This document shows positions 62,896 to 64,000 of a stretch of 64,000 nucleotides of DNA, piece by piece; the first letter of the stretch is position 1, and every line of letters begins with the position of its first letter. Both the position numbers and the translations under genes were made by a program. This DNA comes from Cetorhinus maximus (taxonomy: Eukaryota). Location of the stretch: positions 31,868,001 through 31,932,000 of the forward strand of contig NC_135896.1 in NCBI RefSeq assembly GCF_964194155.1, given 5' to 3'. The notes under the pieces are model-generated. The model saw only the letters and a list, made by a program, of their open reading frames with translations, had not been told where the DNA came from and searched no databases.

Positions 62896-64000
62896 CTGCA
62901 AGCACAAAAGCAGTGAAAGAAATATGAACGTAGATATTTTCTCATCTTTTATCATAGCTGCAAAGAACACATCTTTATTCAAAAATTAAAATTTTATGTG
63001 GTGACAGACAGCTTAGTAAATGCCCGATAATTAGGTGGTCAGTCACTGAAAATGTACTCAATAGGGAGCATGTCTGTTTGCTGCAATGCATTCAACGCAA
63101 AGGTATTTGTTACATGTTAGTGAGAAAAAGCAATACAAAACAGTTCATTCATATTTTGAATTCTCTTTGCACAACAATATTGAACTGTCACTAATATTGA
63201 TAGCTGCAAAGCCCAAGTACCAATGATACTGTAGGATATCAGTGGAGCCATTGTCACGAAACTACAATATTTTTCATAATATTTTTGTAGGCCTATGACG
63301 TGTGAGTGTGGATGGTGCTGTCTGTGTGACTGATTTAATTGAATTAGAGTCATATAGACTGCAAGGTTGAAATTATCAAAAGAGTTAGAGATAAAGCAGA
63401 CTTTTGAAATGGAGGTGGATAAGCTCGATGAAGATTCCAAAGATAAGGTGTGAATGAAATTTGCATTTTTGGATAAGTGAAGGGGTTGATTAATTTTCAA
63501 AGGGATGATAGGATATTTACAACTAAGATAAGCAAGGTCAATCAGTATGTTTATTTTTCCCAAAGGTACTGACCATATTGGCATTATGAAATATTTTTAT
63601 ATTATGGGAAAAGTAAACTCCAAAAGACTTGTAGAACAATGGGATTTTACACATTAAAAAGAGAGAAACATATATAAAGAAGGATGGAAGGCTATGTGGA
63701 AGTGGCCATGTAACATCTTGAAAGGTACACCATGTAAAGCAGCCTTGGGGAAAAGCCTCTAGCCACTTTTGCAGAAGTCTGCTGTATCCAGTAACGAAAG
63801 TTGTGTTCAACAGCCTTTGGAATTTCACTGTTGAGTGGGTACGTGTGGTAAGCTTGCTTGATTGCTTATTTAAATTTAAAATCTATTTTAGACTGTTGCC
63901 TTAAAGCGGGTGTGTAGTTGGGAGTCAGGCTAATTGGGAATTTTGGGATTTGTTATAACACCAAGTAACTGTAATCTTATGTATGTGTTTAAATTATTTT

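Noticed and set aside
61122-63828. 145-aa and 155-aa minus-strand ORFs flanking the MDGA2 exon
   Set aside because: AT-rich intronic sequence without Ig or other motifs; chance ORFs.
63800-64000. Possible LTR start at the window edge
   Set aside because: Too short and truncated to assign.

Overview
Eukaryotic (vertebrate) genomic DNA, most likely a cartilaginous fish judging by the repeat repertoire (inference). The only host coding sequence I can support is one 270-bp minus-strand exon (62626-62895) encoding the third Ig domain of MDGA2. I found no downstream exon, so the rest of the window appears to be one intron of more than 62 kb. It is packed with decayed transposons: two-gene PIF/Harbinger elements (HARBI1-like transposase plus intron-containing Myb/SANT gene), a family of ~700-bp Harbinger MITEs with GGGCAGAATTTT-type TIRs and 3-bp TSDs, a full-length Gypsy LTR element, a Gmr1-like Gypsy fragment, CR1/L2-group and RTE LINEs, a Penelope-like element with short palindromic pLTR derivatives, and a perfect 24-bp minisatellite. 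Best leads: (1) the MITEs are built as a chain of about nine local palindromes with at least one compensatory change; (2) a single-ORF LINE carries a tRNA/Pol III plus Deu-like SINE head as its 5' end; (3) short Penelope derivatives with back-to-back minimal hammerhead cores and 14-16-bp TSDs; (4) coding-like relics next to the Harbinger transposases that may be a third cargo gene; (5) a ~575-bp inverted duplication fused to a pLTR fragment. All family assignments come from motif recognition by eye, not database searches. Boundaries without TIR, TSD or splice support are approximate.
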